Assembly: GCA_963798085.1 (NCBI GenBank)
Contig: CAWCRS010000007.1
Span: 1,760,001 to 1,824,000, forward strand
Direction: 5' to 3'
Source of the DNA: an uncultured Gemmatimonadales bacterium
GTDB taxonomy: Bacteria > Gemmatimonadota > Gemmatimonadetes > Longimicrobiales > RSA9
DNA length: 64,000 bases
Part shown: positions 1 through 11,336 of the stretch, piece after piece
Layout of the letters: every line of letters begins with the position of its first letter
Position numbering within the stretch: position 1 is the stretch's first letter
Program-made: the position numbers and the translations under genes
Notes under the pieces: generated by a model
Told to the model about the DNA's origin: nothing
What the model saw: only the letters and a program-made list of their open reading frames with translations
Database searches by the model: none

Positions 1-348
1 CGTGCTGTCGTCGCCGCCAGGCTCCAGTCCCAGCATGGCGAACTCGCTGGCAATGTAGCGCGCGGCAATCTCGAGGCCCGGGCTCGGTGTCGCGCGACCG
101 CGCAACATGTCGCTCGCGAGAAAGCCGATGCGCGCCTTGATGTCGCGCGCCGTGATCGTGGCCGCGGCACTGTCGCGCGCGTCCCCGGCGCGGGCTGGGG
201 CGGGCGCCTGCAGCGCTGTCGCGGCGGCGGTCTCGGCATCGCCGCGGCTGCAGCCGAGCAGCAGCAGGAAGGCGACGACGCCGGTCCGCGTCCGGCCCGC
301 TGCGCGCCGGCGTGCGCGTTCCGTCCCGTACTTTTCGCGTGTCGTCAT
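1..348 (-). CDS. M28-family (PA-domain) aminopeptidase lipoprotein, N-terminal part (runs off the left edge)
   Basis: My own translation of the minus strand from ATG 348: ...VVAFLLLLGC (lipobox) ...ITARDIKARIGFLASDMLRGRATPSPGLEIAARYIASEFAMLGLEPGGDDST, a typical M28 N-terminal motif. Not in the ORF track. Confidence 0.8.
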   Translation of the reverse strand, partial: MTTREKYGTERARRRAAGRTRTGVVAFLLLLGCSRGDAETAAATALQAPAPARAGDARDSAAATITARDIKARIGFLASDMLRGRATPSPGLEIAARYIASEFAMLGLEPGGDDST

Positions 349-433
349 CCGGCTGCTTCCATCCCCGGCTCGTGATGCGTGCTTCGGTGCCGCGCCAAGC
401 TAATCACAGGCGGCCGGGCGACGCGAGGTCGCA

Positions 434-463
434 TTGTCGTCGTTGGCGGACCGCCGCTACCTT
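434..463 (+). promoter_or_regulatory. Putative sigma70 promoter TTGTCG-N18-TACCTT; ATG 470 lies 6 nt after the -10 box (leaderless mRNA candidate)
   Basis: Hexamers at 434-439 and 458-463; no Shine-Dalgarno before ATG 470. Confidence 0.4.
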
Positions 464-469
464 CCAGCC

Positions 470-1399
470 ATGAGCGAGCAACGACTCAGCGAGGCCGCCC
501 GAGTGCGCGCGGATCTGCTGCTGCCACACGATCTCGCCGCACTGGGCGGCATTGAGTTCGTGGCGAGGCAGATCGTCGAGGGCTTCATCGCGGGCCTGCA
601 CCGGTCGCCGCACCGCGGCTTCTCCGTCGAGTTCGCCGAGCACCGCATGTACCAGCCGGGCGATGACCTGCGGCACATCGACTGGCGCGTCTTCGGTCGC
701 TCCGATCGCTACTACATCAAGCAGTTCGAGGAAGAGACCAACCTGCGCGCTTATCTGCTGCTGGACGTGAGCGCGTCCATGCAGTGGAGTTCTTCACCGG
801 ATCGCCTGCCACCCAAGCTGTGGTATGCGAAACAGCTGGCCGCCAGCCTGGCGCTGCTGCTGCTGCGCCAGGGCGACACCGTCGGTCTCATCGGTTTCGA
901 TCACGAGCTGCGCGGCCGCGTCTCACCCCGCGGCGGACGCCGCCACTGGTACGAGCTGGTACGCAGCATTGGCGCGGTGCACGGCGGCGGTCGCACGGAA
1001 GCGAGCACTGCGTTGCGCGACGTGGCCGGACGGCTGCGTCGTCGCGGACTGATCATTCTGCTCAGCGATCTGCTCGTGGATCCAGGCACGACGCGCATGG
1101 CGCTGCGCTTCCTGCGCCACCGCGGCCACGAGGTGCTCGTGTTCCATCTGCTCGATCCGGGCGAGCGCGAACTGCCCGGCGTGGGCGATGCCCGCTTCAT
1201 CGATCCGGAGACGGGCGAAGAGCTGCCCGTGAGCGTGGCCGACCTGCGCACCGAGTATCGCGAAGCCGTGAGCGCAGCGTTGCGCGAGTGGCGCGACACG
1301 CTCGTGCCGCAGGCCATCGATCACGTCATCGTCGAGACGGACCAGCCCATGGCTCTGGCGCTGCGCGCGTATCTCCACAAGCGGGAACGGCTGGGCTGA
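470..1399 (+). CDS. DUF58 domain protein (MoxR-associated)
   Basis: GLHRSPHRGFSVEFAEHRMYQPGDDLRHIDW...YYIKQFEEETN...LLLDVSASM motifs. Confidence 0.92.
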   Translation: MSEQRLSEAARVRADLLLPHDLAALGGIEFVARQIVEGFIAGLHRSPHRGFSVEFAEHRMYQPGDDLRHIDWRVFGRSDRYYIKQFEEETNLRAYLLLDVSASMQWSSSPDRLPPKLWYAKQLAASLALLLLRQGDTVGLIGFDHELRGRVSPRGGRRHWYELVRSIGAVHGGGRTEASTALRDVAGRLRRRGLIILLSDLLVDPGTTRMALRFLRHRGHEVLVFHLLDPGERELPGVGDARFIDPETGEELPVSVADLRTEYREAVSAALREWRDTLVPQAIDHVIVETDQPMALALRAYLHKRERLG

Positions 1400-3372
1400 T
1401 GGGTTTTCTGAGTCCGGCTCTGCTCGCGCTCGGCGCCGCCGTCGCCGTGCCGCTCATCCTGCATCTGTTCCAGCGGCATCAGGGTCCGCGCGTCATCTTT
1501 CCCGCACTGCGCTATCTGCGGCGGGCCGAGACCGAGCACGCGCGCCGCATTCGCTTCCGCCAGCTGCTCCTCATGCTGCTGCGCGTCGCGGCGCTGCTGC
1601 TGCTCGCACTCGCTGCAGCGAGGCCGTTCCTGCGTTCCGCCGGCGCGCGGCACCAGCCGTCCGCGGTGGCCATCGTGCTGGACAATTCCATGAGCACGAG
1701 CGCGGTGACCGGCGATCGTCGCATGCTCGATGTATTGAAAGACGTGGCGCTCGAGACGCTGGATGATGGCGAGCCGGAAGACGTGTTCTGGCTGATTCGC
1801 GCCGGATCGCCCTGGGAGCCCGCCTGGCCCGGTGATGCGGCGCTCACGGCCAGGCGGGTGCGCGAAACGCGTGGATCCAGCGCGGCCGGTGACATGGCCG
1901 CGGCGATCGCGCGCGCCGCGGCCGTGCTGCAGGCCGGTGCCGGCGGGCGCGCACCCGAGATCGAAGTGCTCGGCGATCTGCAGGCGACCGGTTATCCGAC
2001 CGCTGCGGACGCATCCGTTGGCGCCGGCCCGCCGCTCATTGTATGGGTCCCTTCAGCCGACCCGCCGCGCAACATCACCGTTGCATCCGTCGATATCGCG
2101 GGTGGCTTGCCGCCCGTGGCCGGCCAGCGCTCCAGTGTGGCGGTGCGTGTCACCGGCGATGCGCCACCCGATTCGGTCAATATCCGCCTGCTGCTCGATG
2201 GGCGTGTGATCGGCGCGGCCACCGCACCGCTGGGCAGCGCGTCCATCCTGCCCTTCCCCGCACGCGATGCAGGCTGGATCAGCGGTGCGGTGGAAAAGGA
2301 CCCCGATGCGCTGCGTCCTGATGACCGGCGCTTTTTCGCAACACGGGTCGCCCCGCCGCCGGCTGTGGCCGTGAGTGGCGGGCTGGGACTCGCGGGCGAA
2401 GCGCTGAACGTGCTGGAACAGGCGGGTCGCATTCGACGCACGGACCTGCGCAGCGCCGATGTGGCGCTGCTGCCGGCCGGGCGCGGTCTCGAATCGCTGC
2501 CGCCTGCGGAGAACGTCATCATCGTGGCGCCGGATTCGCTGCTCGAGCTGCCGGCCGTGAATCGCCGTCTCGCCGCGGCCGGCCTGCCCTGGCAGCTGGC
2601 CACGCCGGAAGCAAGTGGCGAGACGCGCTTCGCGCTGCCCGCGCAGGTCGACCCCGCGCTGCGCAGCCTCGATGATGTGCGCCTCCGTACGGCGTTCCGC
2701 CTGGTGCCGCAGGGGGCGAGCCCTGACAGCGTGTTATTGCGTCTTTCGGATGGCTCCGCCTGGGCAGTGCGCGGGGAGCGGCCCGGTGGCGGCCGGTACA
2801 TCATTCTGGCTTCGCCACTCGGTGAATCGGCGACGACGCTGGTTTCATCGCCGGCACTGGTCCCGCTGCTCGATCGCCTGCTCGGTCCCTGGGTGGCCAA
2901 CCGCCTGGCCGTGGCCGACGTTGCGCCAGGCAGCGCCGTGTCGCTGCCGCCGGGCACCACCGGCATCGTGACGCCGGGCGGAACCACGGAGCCGGCCAGC
3001 GCCGACTATCGCGTGGGCATCGATGCCGGTGTCTACCGCTTCGTGGCCGGAGACAGCACCCTGGGCATGGTTGCAGTGAACCCGCCGGCGGCGGAATCCG
3101 ATCTCACCCGTATCGATGCCCGTCGTGTGCGTGCGCTCTTCCCCGCTAACGCGATCTTTACGGCGAACAATGCGCAGGAATGGCGCACCCGCATCTACCG
3201 CGAGCGCGTGGGGCGCGAACTCTGGCGTACGCTGGCGTTGCTCGCGCTGGGCCTGCTGGTGGGCGAGGCGCTGGTGGCCGCCAGCGGCGCAGTGGGCGAC
3301 CGTTCGGGCGGCAGGCGTGCGCCGGCGCGCGCCCCCTCGCCGCGGCGGGAGACCACGCACGCGGGGGATTGA
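1399..3372 (+). CDS. BatA N-terminal domain / vWA membrane protein
   Basis: TGATG overlap with the DUF58 stop; MGFLSP...PLILHL...FPALRYL BatA motif, MIDAS-like LDNSMS, C-terminal ESDL and ELWR..L transmembrane helix. Confidence 0.88.
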   Translation: MGFLSPALLALGAAVAVPLILHLFQRHQGPRVIFPALRYLRRAETEHARRIRFRQLLLMLLRVAALLLLALAAARPFLRSAGARHQPSAVAIVLDNSMSTSAVTGDRRMLDVLKDVALETLDDGEPEDVFWLIRAGSPWEPAWPGDAALTARRVRETRGSSAAGDMAAAIARAAAVLQAGAGGRAPEIEVLGDLQATGYPTAADASVGAGPPLIVWVPSADPPRNITVASVDIAGGLPPVAGQRSSVAVRVTGDAPPDSVNIRLLLDGRVIGAATAPLGSASILPFPARDAGWISGAVEKDPDALRPDDRRFFATRVAPPPAVAVSGGLGLAGEALNVLEQAGRIRRTDLRSADVALLPAGRGLESLPPAENVIIVAPDSLLELPAVNRRLAAAGLPWQLATPEASGETRFALPAQVDPALRSLDDVRLRTAFRLVPQGASPDSVLLRLSDGSAWAVRGERPGGGRYIILASPLGESATTLVSSPALVPLLDRLLGPWVANRLAVADVAPGSAVSLPPGTTGIVTPGGTTEPASADYRVGIDAGVYRFVAGDSTLGMVAVNPPAAESDLTRIDARRVRALFPANAIFTANNAQEWRTRIYRERVGRELWRTLALLALGLLVGEALVAASGAVGDRSGGRRAPARAPSPRRETTHAGD

Positions 3373-3377
3373 GGCCC

Positions 3378-6300
3378 ATGCACCCCGCGCTCGTCGAAGC
3401 CATGCGCGCCCAGCCCGCGTTCGCGCGACTGCTGGGGGCGCTGCCCGCGGCCGGCGCACGCTTTCGCGTATCCGGTCTGGCCGGCTCGGCCCCATCCCTG
3501 CTGGCCGGCGCCCTCGCCGAGGCTCTGCCGCACCGCATCTTCGTCGTGCTGGCCCACTCGCCCGCCGATGCCGAGGCCTGTGCCGCGGACCTGCTCACAC
3601 TGCTGGGTGACGATGCCGCGGTGCTCTACCCGCAGCGCGAAACACTGCCGTACGAAGCCGCGCAGGAGCACATCGAGCTGGGCGGCCTGCGCGTGGAGGC
3701 GCTGGAAGCGCTGTTAGCCGGACGCTCGCGGATTCTCGTCACCACGGCGCGCGCCGTGCAGGAACTCTCCGAGCTGCCCAGCGAGCTGGCCGAGCTGCGG
3801 CTCACGCTGGCCGTGGGCCAATCGATTCGCCCCGCCGTGCTGATGGCGCAGCTTGATGACCTCGGATTCCAGCGCACGGCACTGGTGGAAGAGGTGGGGC
3901 AGTACGCGCCGCGTGGTGGCATCCTCGACCTCTTCGGCTTCGGATCCGCCGAACCTCTGCGCATCGAGTTCTGGGGCGACGAAATCGCCTCCATCAGGCA
4001 CTTCGATATTCTGGACCAGCGCTCCACCGGTGGACGGCGCAGTGTCGACATCCTGCCGGTGTCGCTGCGCACCAGCGAGAGCGGGGCTTCCGTGCGCCGT
4101 TCGCTCCTCGATGTCATGGGCCGTGATGCCTTGCTCGTCGAATGGGCCGATGGCGTGAGCGAGACGGAATTTCAGCGCGCCTGGGAACAGGCGGTTCACC
4201 TGCACGATGCCGAGCTGCGCCGGGGCGGCACGCCCGCCCCGCCTGACACGCTGTTATTGACGCCCGCGGACGCGGCGGCGCAGCTCGCCGGCTTTGGTGT
4301 GCTGGCGCTGACCGGCGCGGCCGAGAGCGACCTCCGCTTCGATGCCCGCCCCGCGGAACCCATCGAGCGCGACATGGACCGGCTGGCCGCGCTGCTGCGC
4401 GCCGGCGCGGCCCGCCGCGAGCGCAGCTGGATTCTCTGCGACAACGAAGGCCAGCTGGATCGTCTGGAAGCCCTCATGATCGAGCGCGGCGGGCTGCCGC
4501 CCGGCACATCGCTCGCGCTGGGCGCGGTGCAGGCCGGCTTCGTGCTCGAGGGCGCGAAGCCGCCCGTCCGCGTCCTCACGGACCACGAGATCTTCGCGCG
4601 CGCCCGGCGCCTGCGCCGCGCGCGCCGTTTCCGCGGCGCCGTGGCGCTGGAGAGCATCTCGCAGCTCCGCAGCGGCGATTTCGTGGTGCATCTCGATCAT
4701 GGCATCGGACGCTTCCGCGGGCTGGAGCGCGTCACTGTCGGCGATGCCGTCATCGAGGCGCTCGCCATCGAGTATGCGGGTGGCGAGACGCTGCGCGTTC
4801 CCGTTTATCGCCTTGACCAGATTGAGCGCTGGATGCCGGACCGCGATGACGGCCGCGAGCCGAAACTGCATCGCATTGGCGGCAAGACGTGGAAGACGCT
4901 GCGTCGCAAGACGGAGCAGGCCATCCAGCAGATGGCCACCGAGCTGCTCGAGCTGTACGCCGCACGGCAGCTGGCAGAGCGTCCGCCCTACCCTCCCGAC
5001 GGGCGCTGGCAGCGCGAGATGGAATCCGCGTTCCTGTACGAGGACACGCCCGATCAGCGGCAGGCGACTGCGGACGTGAAGCGGGACATGGAATCGCGTC
5101 GTCCGATGGATCGTCTGCTGTGCGGTGATGTGGGTTATGGCAAGACCGAGATCGCCATTCGCGCCGCCTTCAAGGCCGCCGTGGACGGACGGCAGGTCGC
5201 AGTGCTCGCGCCCACGACGATCCTCGTCGATCAGCATCTGCACACCTTCCGCGAGCGACTGGCCGGCTACCCCGTGCGCATTGAATCGCTGTCACGCTTC
5301 CGCACCGAGCGCGAGCAGCAGGATATCCTGGCCGGCATTGCGACCGGCAGCGTCGATATCGTCGTCGGCACGCATCGCCTGATCGAGCCGGATGTCACGT
5401 TCCGCAACCTGGGCCTGCTGGTCATCGACGAAGAGCAGCGCTTCGGCGTCAAGCAGAAGGAGCGTTTCAAGGCGCTCAAACATCACATCGACGTGCTTTC
5501 GCTCACTGCCACGCCCATTCCGCGGACGCTGCACCTCTCTCTCAGCGGATTGCGCGATCTGTCGCTGCTGCAGACGCCACCGCGCGATCGCATGCCCATC
5601 ATCACGCACGTGCTGCCCTGGGTGGACGAAGTCCTGGAAGATGCCATTCGCCGTGAGCTGGACCGGGGCGGCCAGGCGTTCGTCGTTCACAATCGCGTGC
5701 AGTCCATCGGCATTGTCGCGGAGCAGGTGCGCCAGATCGTGCCCGATGCGGTACTCGACGTGGCGCACGGGCAGATGCCCAGCGCGAAGCTGGAATCGGT
5801 AATGCGGCGTTTCCTCGAGGGCGAGACTCGCGTGCTCGTATCCACTGCGATCATTGAGAATGGCCTGGACGTGCCCACCGCCAACACGCTGATCGTGGAC
5901 CGCGCGGACCAGTTCGGACTTTCGCAGCTCTACCAGATCCGCGGCCGCGTGGGTCGCTCGCACCATCGCGCGTACTGCTATCTGCTGGTGCCCGAGGGGG
6001 CCAACGAAGAAGCCGAGCGTCGTTTGCGCATCCTCGAGCATTTCACGGACCTGGGCAGCGGGTATGCCATCGCGCTCAAGGATCTCGAGCTGCGCGGCGC
6101 CGGCAACATCGTGGGCGCCGAGCAGTCGGGCTTCGTCCACGCCATCGGCCTGGACACGTATACCCGGCTGCTGGAGCAGACCATGAAGCGTCTGCAGCAG
6201 GGCGAAGCGGCCGAGCCGGTGCCCTGCGATGTTTCCCTCGACGGCGCGGCATTCCTGCCCGACGACTATGTCGCGGATGCTGCCCTCAAACTCCACATTT

Positions 6301-6674
6301 ACCGGCGTCTGTCGCGCGTCGAGAGCGTGGCGCAGGTCGATGCGCTCGCGCTCGAAGTGCGCGATCGCTATGGTCCGCCCCCGCCCGAGGCTCAGCGTCT
6401 GTTCCGCGCCAGCGCGTTGCGACTCGCGGGCACGCGCGCCGGCGCCGAGCGCATTCTCGTGCGCGGCGAGAGTGCGCGCATCACGTTCCGCCCCGGCGTC
6501 CTGCCTCGCCTCGCGGCCCTGCAGGATACCATGGGTGACCGGCAGACAGAGCTGGAAATCGCCCGCACCAATCCGCTTTCGCTCGTGCTGCGCGCCCGAG
6601 GCGCGGCGCCCGTCACCGAGACCGTGCTGAGCGCGCTGGAACGCCTGGCGGACCGTCCCGCGCAGGCCGCCTGA
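3378..6674 (+). CDS. mfd: Transcription-repair coupling factor
   Basis: UvrB-like [66 protein letters not shown]-terminus. Confidence 0.97.
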   Translation: MHPALVEAMRAQPAFARLLGALPAAGARFRVSGLAGSAPSLLAGALAEALPHRIFVVLAHSPADAEACAADLLTLLGDDAAVLYPQRETLPYEAAQEHIELGGLRVEALEALLAGRSRILVTTARAVQELSELPSELAELRLTLAVGQSIRPAVLMAQLDDLGFQRTALVEEVGQYAPRGGILDLFGFGSAEPLRIEFWGDEIASIRHFDILDQRSTGGRRSVDILPVSLRTSESGASVRRSLLDVMGRDALLVEWADGVSETEFQRAWEQAVHLHDAELRRGGTPAPPDTLLLTPADAAAQLAGFGVLALTGAAESDLRFDARPAEPIERDMDRLAALLRAGAARRERSWILCDNEGQLDRLEALMIERGGLPPGTSLALGAVQAGFVLEGAKPPVRVLTDHEIFARARRLRRARRFRGAVALESISQLRSGDFVVHLDHGIGRFRGLERVTVGDAVIEALAIEYAGGETLRVPVYRLDQIERWMPDRDDGREPKLHRIGGKTWKTLRRKTEQAIQQMATELLELYAARQLAERPPYPPDGRWQREMESAFLYEDTPDQRQATADVKRDMESRRPMDRLLCGDVGYGKTEIAIRAAFKAAVDGRQVAVLAPTTILVDQHLHTFRERLAGYPVRIESLSRFRTEREQQDILAGIATGSVDIVVGTHRLIEPDVTFRNLGLLVIDEEQRFGVKQKERFKALKHHIDVLSLTATPIPRTLHLSLSGLRDLSLLQTPPRDRMPIITHVLPWVDEVLEDAIRRELDRGGQAFVVHNRVQSIGIVAEQVRQIVPDAVLDVAHGQMPSAKLESVMRRFLEGETRVLVSTAIIENGLDVPTANTLIVDRADQFGLSQLYQIRGRVGRSHHRAYCYLLVPEGANEEAERRLRILEHFTDLGSGYAIALKDLELRGAGNIVGAEQSGFVHAIGLDTYTRLLEQTMKRLQQGEAAEPVPCDVSLDGAAFLPDDYVADAALKLHIYRRLSRVESVAQVDALALEVRDRYGPPPPEAQRLFRASALRLAGTRAGAERILVRGESARITFRPGVLPRLAALQDTMGDRQTELEIARTNPLSLVLRARGAAPVTETVLSALERLADRPAQAA

Positions 6675-6782
6675 GGTCGTTGTCGGCTGGCGCAAAACAC
6701 GGGATTTCGATACCTTGTGCGGGTTTGGCTCCCACGAAAACGCGTCCGTCTCGCAAACGGCTCTGTCAAGGAAATGGGCTGG

Positions 6783-8216
6783 ATGAAAAGAGGATTCGCA
6801 CTCACTGTCTTCGCGCTCTGCGCTTTCGCCGCATGCGACAGCTTCGGGCAGGCCGTTTCCTCGCACACCGATGTGCTGGCGCGCGCCGCCGGCCACGACC
6901 TGAGTGTGGACAAGGCCGCCTCGCTGATCGCACCGCACAAGGAAGTGCCCGCGCAGCGCGATGTCGTCGACGCGATCGCCAATCTGTGGGTCGACTACAC
7001 GCTGCTGGCGGTCGCTGCCACGCAGGACACCACGCTGGCCAACGTGAATCTCGATGCGCTGGTCAAGCCGTTCCGCGATCAGGCAGTCGTCTACAAGCTG
7101 CGCGACAAGGTGATCAAGGTCGATACGGCAATCTCCGACGCGGACCTGCTCGCCATGTACCAGAAGGATGAGTCGGGCGTGACGGTGCGTGCCCGCCACA
7201 TCCTGCTCAAGATGCCGGCCGATGCGCCGGCATCCGTGCGCGACAGCGTGACGAAACTCGCGGTGCAGCTGCGCGACCGCGCGCGCAAGGGTGAAGACTT
7301 TGCCGCGCTGGCGCGCAAGTACAGCGCGGATGGATCCGCGCAGCAGGGCGGCGACCTCGGCTTCTTCACGCGTGAGCAGATGGTCGCGCCTTTCTCGGAT
7401 GCGGCGTTCAAACTGAAGCCCGGCGAGATCAGCGACCCGGTGGAGACGCCGTTCGGCATGCACGTCATCAAGCTGGAAGAGCGCAAGCAGCCACCTTTCG
7501 ATTCCATCAAGGACTCGTTCCGCGAGACGGCGCAGCAGCAGCGCGAGCAGGATGCGCAGGTCGCGTACGTGAAGGGGCTGACGGACTCGCTCAAGATCAC
7601 GGTGCAGGACGGCGCGGTCGCGAACGCCAAGGAAATCGCGCGCGCACCGGAAACCGAGCTGCGTGGTCGAGCCGGTTCACGCGCCCTCGTGCGCTATCAG
7701 GGCGGCGCCTTCACGGCCAACGAGTTCCAGGATGCGGCACGGACCTATCCCCCCCAGTGGCGAGGCGGTGTAGTGGCGGCACCCGATGCGCAGATCACGC
7801 AGGTGCTCGAGGGGCTGACACGCAACAAGATCCTGGTGCAGGAGGCGGAACGGCAGAACCTGGCCATGTCGAAAGAGGAGACGGATTCGCTGCGCACCGC
7901 AATGCGCGGACAGCTGCACACGGCGGCGGCGCGCGCCGGACTCATCGCCGTGCAACCGCAGAATGGCGAGAGCATGCACCAGGCGATCGACCGCAAGGTG
8001 AACGCGCTGCTCGACGCCATCATGAACAACGAGCAGAATGCCTTCCCGCTCGGTCCGATTTCATTTTCGTTGCGCCACCAGATGAATGGCGAAGTTTTCG
8101 AGCGCTCCTATGACGCCGTGGTGGCGCGTATCGAAGCGCAGCGGCCGGGTCAGCCTCCGCTGCCTTCAGCGCAGCCGACGCCGCCTCCCACCGATACCGG
8201 GCGAGGCGGCAAATAG
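6783..8216 (+). CDS. Parvulin-type peptidylprolyl isomerase lipoprotein (PrsA/PpiD-like)
   Basis: Lipobox FAAC; VRARHIL...[16 protein letters not shown]...[23 protein letters not shown]. Confidence 0.92.
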   Translation: MKRGFALTVFALCAFAACDSFGQAVSSHTDVLARAAGHDLSVDKAASLIAPHKEVPAQRDVVDAIANLWVDYTLLAVAATQDTTLANVNLDALVKPFRDQAVVYKLRDKVIKVDTAISDADLLAMYQKDESGVTVRARHILLKMPADAPASVRDSVTKLAVQLRDRARKGEDFAALARKYSADGSAQQGGDLGFFTREQMVAPFSDAAFKLKPGEISDPVETPFGMHVIKLEERKQPPFDSIKDSFRETAQQQREQDAQVAYVKGLTDSLKITVQDGAVANAKEIARAPETELRGRAGSRALVRYQGGAFTANEFQDAARTYPPQWRGGVVAAPDAQITQVLEGLTRNKILVQEAERQNLAMSKEETDSLRTAMRGQLHTAAARAGLIAVQPQNGESMHQAIDRKVNALLDAIMNNEQNAFPLGPISFSLRHQMNGEVFERSYDAVVARIEAQRPGQPPLPSAQPTPPPTDTGRGGK

Positions 8217-8334
8217 CACGCGGACGCATGACGGCGTGCGTGCTTGACGCCGGAACCCGCGGGCAGCGCGGGGATATCATGGGCGGGTCGGGCCGGCTGG
8301 CCTCGACCCGCCTCCGGTTTCGAAGCGATCGGGC

Positions 8335-9672
8335 ATGCCACGTTCGTTGAAACTCGCTCTTGCCGCGCTGGCGCTGGCGCCGACCGCGGTTCTCGCGCAG
8401 CAGTCCACCATGCGCGTCGATACCCTGCTGCGCATCGTCGCTGTTGTCGGGGACAGCATCATCACGAATGTGCAGCTGAAGCAGGCACTGGAATTCTGGG
8501 CGGCGAACCCTCCACAGGAGCTGCCGCCGCCGGGGCCGAAGCTGGATTCGCTAATCAATGAGCTGATTCAGCAGCAGATCGATGAGCTGGTCTGGGTGCA
8601 GGCGGCGCAGAAGGACACCACACTCAAGACCACGGACGAAGAACTGCGCGGTTTCGTCGACCGCCAGATGGATGCCGTGCTGCAGCAGCAGTTCCGCGGG
8701 GACCGCGCTCGCTTCGAGGCTGCAGTCCAGGCAGAGAACATGACGATGGACCAGTACCGCGAACAATTGAGCACCAACATCAAGCACCAGCGGATGGTCC
8801 AGCTGTACCAGCAGAAGATCACTCGCGATCGCAAGCCACCGCCCGTATCCGACAAGGAAATCCGCGAACGCTTCGATCAGGCCACGCGCGAGCAGGGCCC
8901 GCCGCAGCTGCCGCCGACGATCGCATTCGATCAGGTGGTGATTCCCGTGACGTCGTCGGATTCGGCGAAGGCGAAGGCGCGGGCCCTCGCCGATTCGGTC
9001 CTCAAACTGATCCGCGACGGCAAGGAAGACTTCGCGCAGCTGGCCCGCCGCTTTTCCGAGGATCCGGGCAGCAAGGATCTGGGCGGGGATCTCGGCTGGT
9101 TCCGGCCGGAACGCATGCAGGCCGAGTTCGGACGGGCTGCATCGCTTCTCAAGCCCGGTGAAGTAAGTGATCCCGTTGAGACGATCTACGGGTTCCACAT
9201 CATCAAGCTGGAGAAGATCCGCGGCCCGGAGCGCCAGGCGCGCCACATTCTGATTCGCCCTGCACTCGACGATGCGGACAAGGAACGCGCCCGTGGCCTG
9301 GCTGACAAGGTCGTGGCCGCACTGAACGCCGGCGCTTCCATCGATTCGCTGCGCCGCGAGTACGGCGATCGCGATGAACCGCCTCACATCACCTTCGCCC
9401 GCGACAGCCTGCCCGAAGACTATCGCGCGGCTCTCACCGATGCGACCGGTGGCCAGGTCGTGGGGCCGTTCGAACTGACCGGCGAGGTGCCGAAATTCGC
9501 GGTCGTGAAAGTGGAACGCGTGGAAGCGGCGCGACCCGCAACCGTCGAAGACTATCGCGCGCAGATCCAGCAGCAGATGGCGCACGAGAAACAGCTCGCG
9601 GAAATCATCGCGGACCTGCGGCGCGCCACCTACATCGAGATCCGAGTCGGACCGGGCGCATCCAGCCATTGA
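8335..9672 (+). CDS. surA: SurA-like periplasmic chaperone/PPIase
   Basis: Signal peptide, RIVAVVGDSII, FAQLARRFSEDPGS..GGDLGW, ETIYGFHIIK; lies directly upstream of pdxA. Confidence 0.85.
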   Translation: MPRSLKLALAALALAPTAVLAQQSTMRVDTLLRIVAVVGDSIITNVQLKQALEFWAANPPQELPPPGPKLDSLINELIQQQIDELVWVQAAQKDTTLKTTDEELRGFVDRQMDAVLQQQFRGDRARFEAAVQAENMTMDQYREQLSTNIKHQRMVQLYQQKITRDRKPPPVSDKEIRERFDQATREQGPPQLPPTIAFDQVVIPVTSSDSAKAKARALADSVLKLIRDGKEDFAQLARRFSEDPGSKDLGGDLGWFRPERMQAEFGRAASLLKPGEVSDPVETIYGFHIIKLEKIRGPERQARHILIRPALDDADKERARGLADKVVAALNAGASIDSLRREYGDRDEPPHITFARDSLPEDYRAALTDATGGQVVGPFELTGEVPKFAVVKVERVEAARPATVEDYRAQIQQQMAHEKQLAEIIADLRRATYIEIRVGPGASSH

Positions 9673-10652
9673 GCCGAGAGCCGCGCCCGGACGACACGCC
9701 GGCGCAACGCTGGCTGGCGATCACGCTCGGCGACGTACGCGGTATCGGCCCCGAGGTTGCCGCGGCGGCTGTACGCTCGTTCGCTTCCCTCCCCGACCGG
9801 CCGCGCTTCCTGTTCATCGGGCCCGAAGGGACCGGTGTCGAGAAAATCGCAGATGCCTTCACGGCGATCGGCGAATGGCCCGCACACGGTACGCCAGCCC
9901 TGGCCGGGCGACTCGCCGGACTTGCCATTGAAGAGGGCGCGCGCCGCGCGCTCGCAGGCGATGTCGCCGCACTCGTAACGGCACCCATCGACAAGGCCGC
10001 GCTGCACCTGGCCGGCTACGACTTTCCCGGGCACACCGAGTTCCTGGCCGCCTTGAGTGGCTCTCCCGAGGTGTCGATGCTGATGAGCGCGGAGAAGACC
10101 GCCCTGGGCGGGCCATTGCGCGTGGTGCTGGCCACCACGCACGTGGCCCTTGCCAGTGTCCCCCGACTCCTGACATCCGATCTGCTGGTGCGTCAGACCC
10201 GCATTCTCGTGCAGGCACTGGAGAGCGGCTGGGCGATTCCCCGGCCGCGGGTTGCGCTGTGCGCGTTCAATCCGCACGCTTCCGATGGCGGCCTGTTCGG
10301 CGACGAGGAAGCGCGCATCTTCCAGCCGGCCCTCGCGACCCTGCGTGCCGAGTCCATCGACGTACACGGGCCATTGCCGGCTGACACGGTGTTTCTGCGG
10401 GCGGCGAAAGGGGAATTCGATGCCATCGTCGCACCCTATCACAATGTGGGCATGGCTGCCTTCAAGACGGCCGCGTTCGGTGGCGGCGTCAACGTGACGC
10501 TGGGCCTGCCCTTCGTGCGCACATCGCCCGACCACGGGACCGCGCTCGACATTGCCGGGCGAGGCCTGGCGGATCCCGGCTCGATGGTGGAAGCCATCAC
10601 ACTGGCCGATCGACTCGCGGCCCGGCGGCGCGCACCGGTGCGGTCCGCATGA
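9669..10652 (+). CDS. pdxA: 4-hydroxythreonine-4-phosphate dehydrogenase
   Basis: GIGPE, TAPIDK, FPGHTE, NPHA, GPLPADT, NVTLGLPFVRTSPDHGTALDIAG. Confidence 0.95.
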   Translation: MSREPRPDDTPAQRWLAITLGDVRGIGPEVAAAAVRSFASLPDRPRFLFIGPEGTGVEKIADAFTAIGEWPAHGTPALAGRLAGLAIEEGARRALAGDVAALVTAPIDKAALHLAGYDFPGHTEFLAALSGSPEVSMLMSAEKTALGGPLRVVLATTHVALASVPRLLTSDLLVRQTRILVQALESGWAIPRPRVALCAFNPHASDGGLFGDEEARIFQPALATLRAESIDVHGPLPADTVFLRAAKGEFDAIVAPYHNVGMAAFKTAAFGGGVNVTLGLPFVRTSPDHGTALDIAGRGLADPGSMVEAITLADRLAARRRAPVRSA

Positions 10653-11332
10653 TCCGCCTCATCAATGTGCACAAGGAATACGCGCGCAGCGGGTCCGCGC
10701 TCAACGGCGTTTCCTTCGAGGTGCGCAAGAGTGAGTTCTGCTTCCTCACGGGACACAGCGGTGCCGGCAAGTCCACGATCATGCGGCTGATTCACATGGC
10801 GGACCGGCCCACGAGCGGCGAAATACGCGTCGCCGGCTTCCGCTCCGGCACCATCAAGCCGCGGGAGATTTCGATGTTGCGGCGCAAGATCGGCTACGTC
10901 TTCCAGGATTTCCGGCTGCTGCAGGACCGCAGTGCCTCGGCTAACGTGGCGTTTGCACTGGAAGTGACCGGCGCCCGGCCTGCGGTGATCCGCACCAAGG
11001 TGGGCCGGCTGCTGGCGCAGGTGGGCCTGGCGGCCAAGTCGGAGTCACTGCCCTCGGAGCTGTCGGGCGGCGAGCAGCAGCGCGTGGCAGTGGCACGCGC
11101 CCTGGCCAACGATCCGCTGGTGCTGCTCGCGGATGAACCCACCGGCAATCTCGATGAGCGCGCCACGCGCGGCATATTCGATCTGTTCCGCGAGATCAAT
11201 CTGGCAGGCACGGCCGTCATCTTCGCGACCCACAATCTCGACCTGGTGCGCAGCAATCCCGAGTTGCGCGTGCTGGAGCTGGATCACGGCACCATCGTGT
11301 TCGACTCGGCCGCTTTGGCGGCGGGCGGCTGA
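10649..11332 (+). CDS. ftsE: Cell division ATP-binding protein
   Basis: GHSGAGKST, VFQDFRLL, LSGGEQQRV, LADEPTGNLD; followed by ftsX. Confidence 0.95.
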   Translation: MIRLINVHKEYARSGSALNGVSFEVRKSEFCFLTGHSGAGKSTIMRLIHMADRPTSGEIRVAGFRSGTIKPREISMLRRKIGYVFQDFRLLQDRSASANVAFALEVTGARPAVIRTKVGRLLAQVGLAAKSESLPSELSGGEQQRVAVARALANDPLVLLADEPTGNLDERATRGIFDLFREINLAGTAVIFATHNLDLVRSNPELRVLELDHGTIVFDSAALAAGG

Positions 11333-11336
11333 AGCC

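Noticed and set aside
5292..7463. Long antisense or alternate-frame ORFs (also 21076..22824, 34090..35370, 53431..55005, 54986..56851, 61778..63373)
   Set aside because: They are shadows of real high-GC genes with no recognisable motifs, and they fully overlap confident CDSs.
8244..8280. TTGACG...TATCAT promoter before surA
   Set aside because: The spacer is 25 nt, too long for sigma70.
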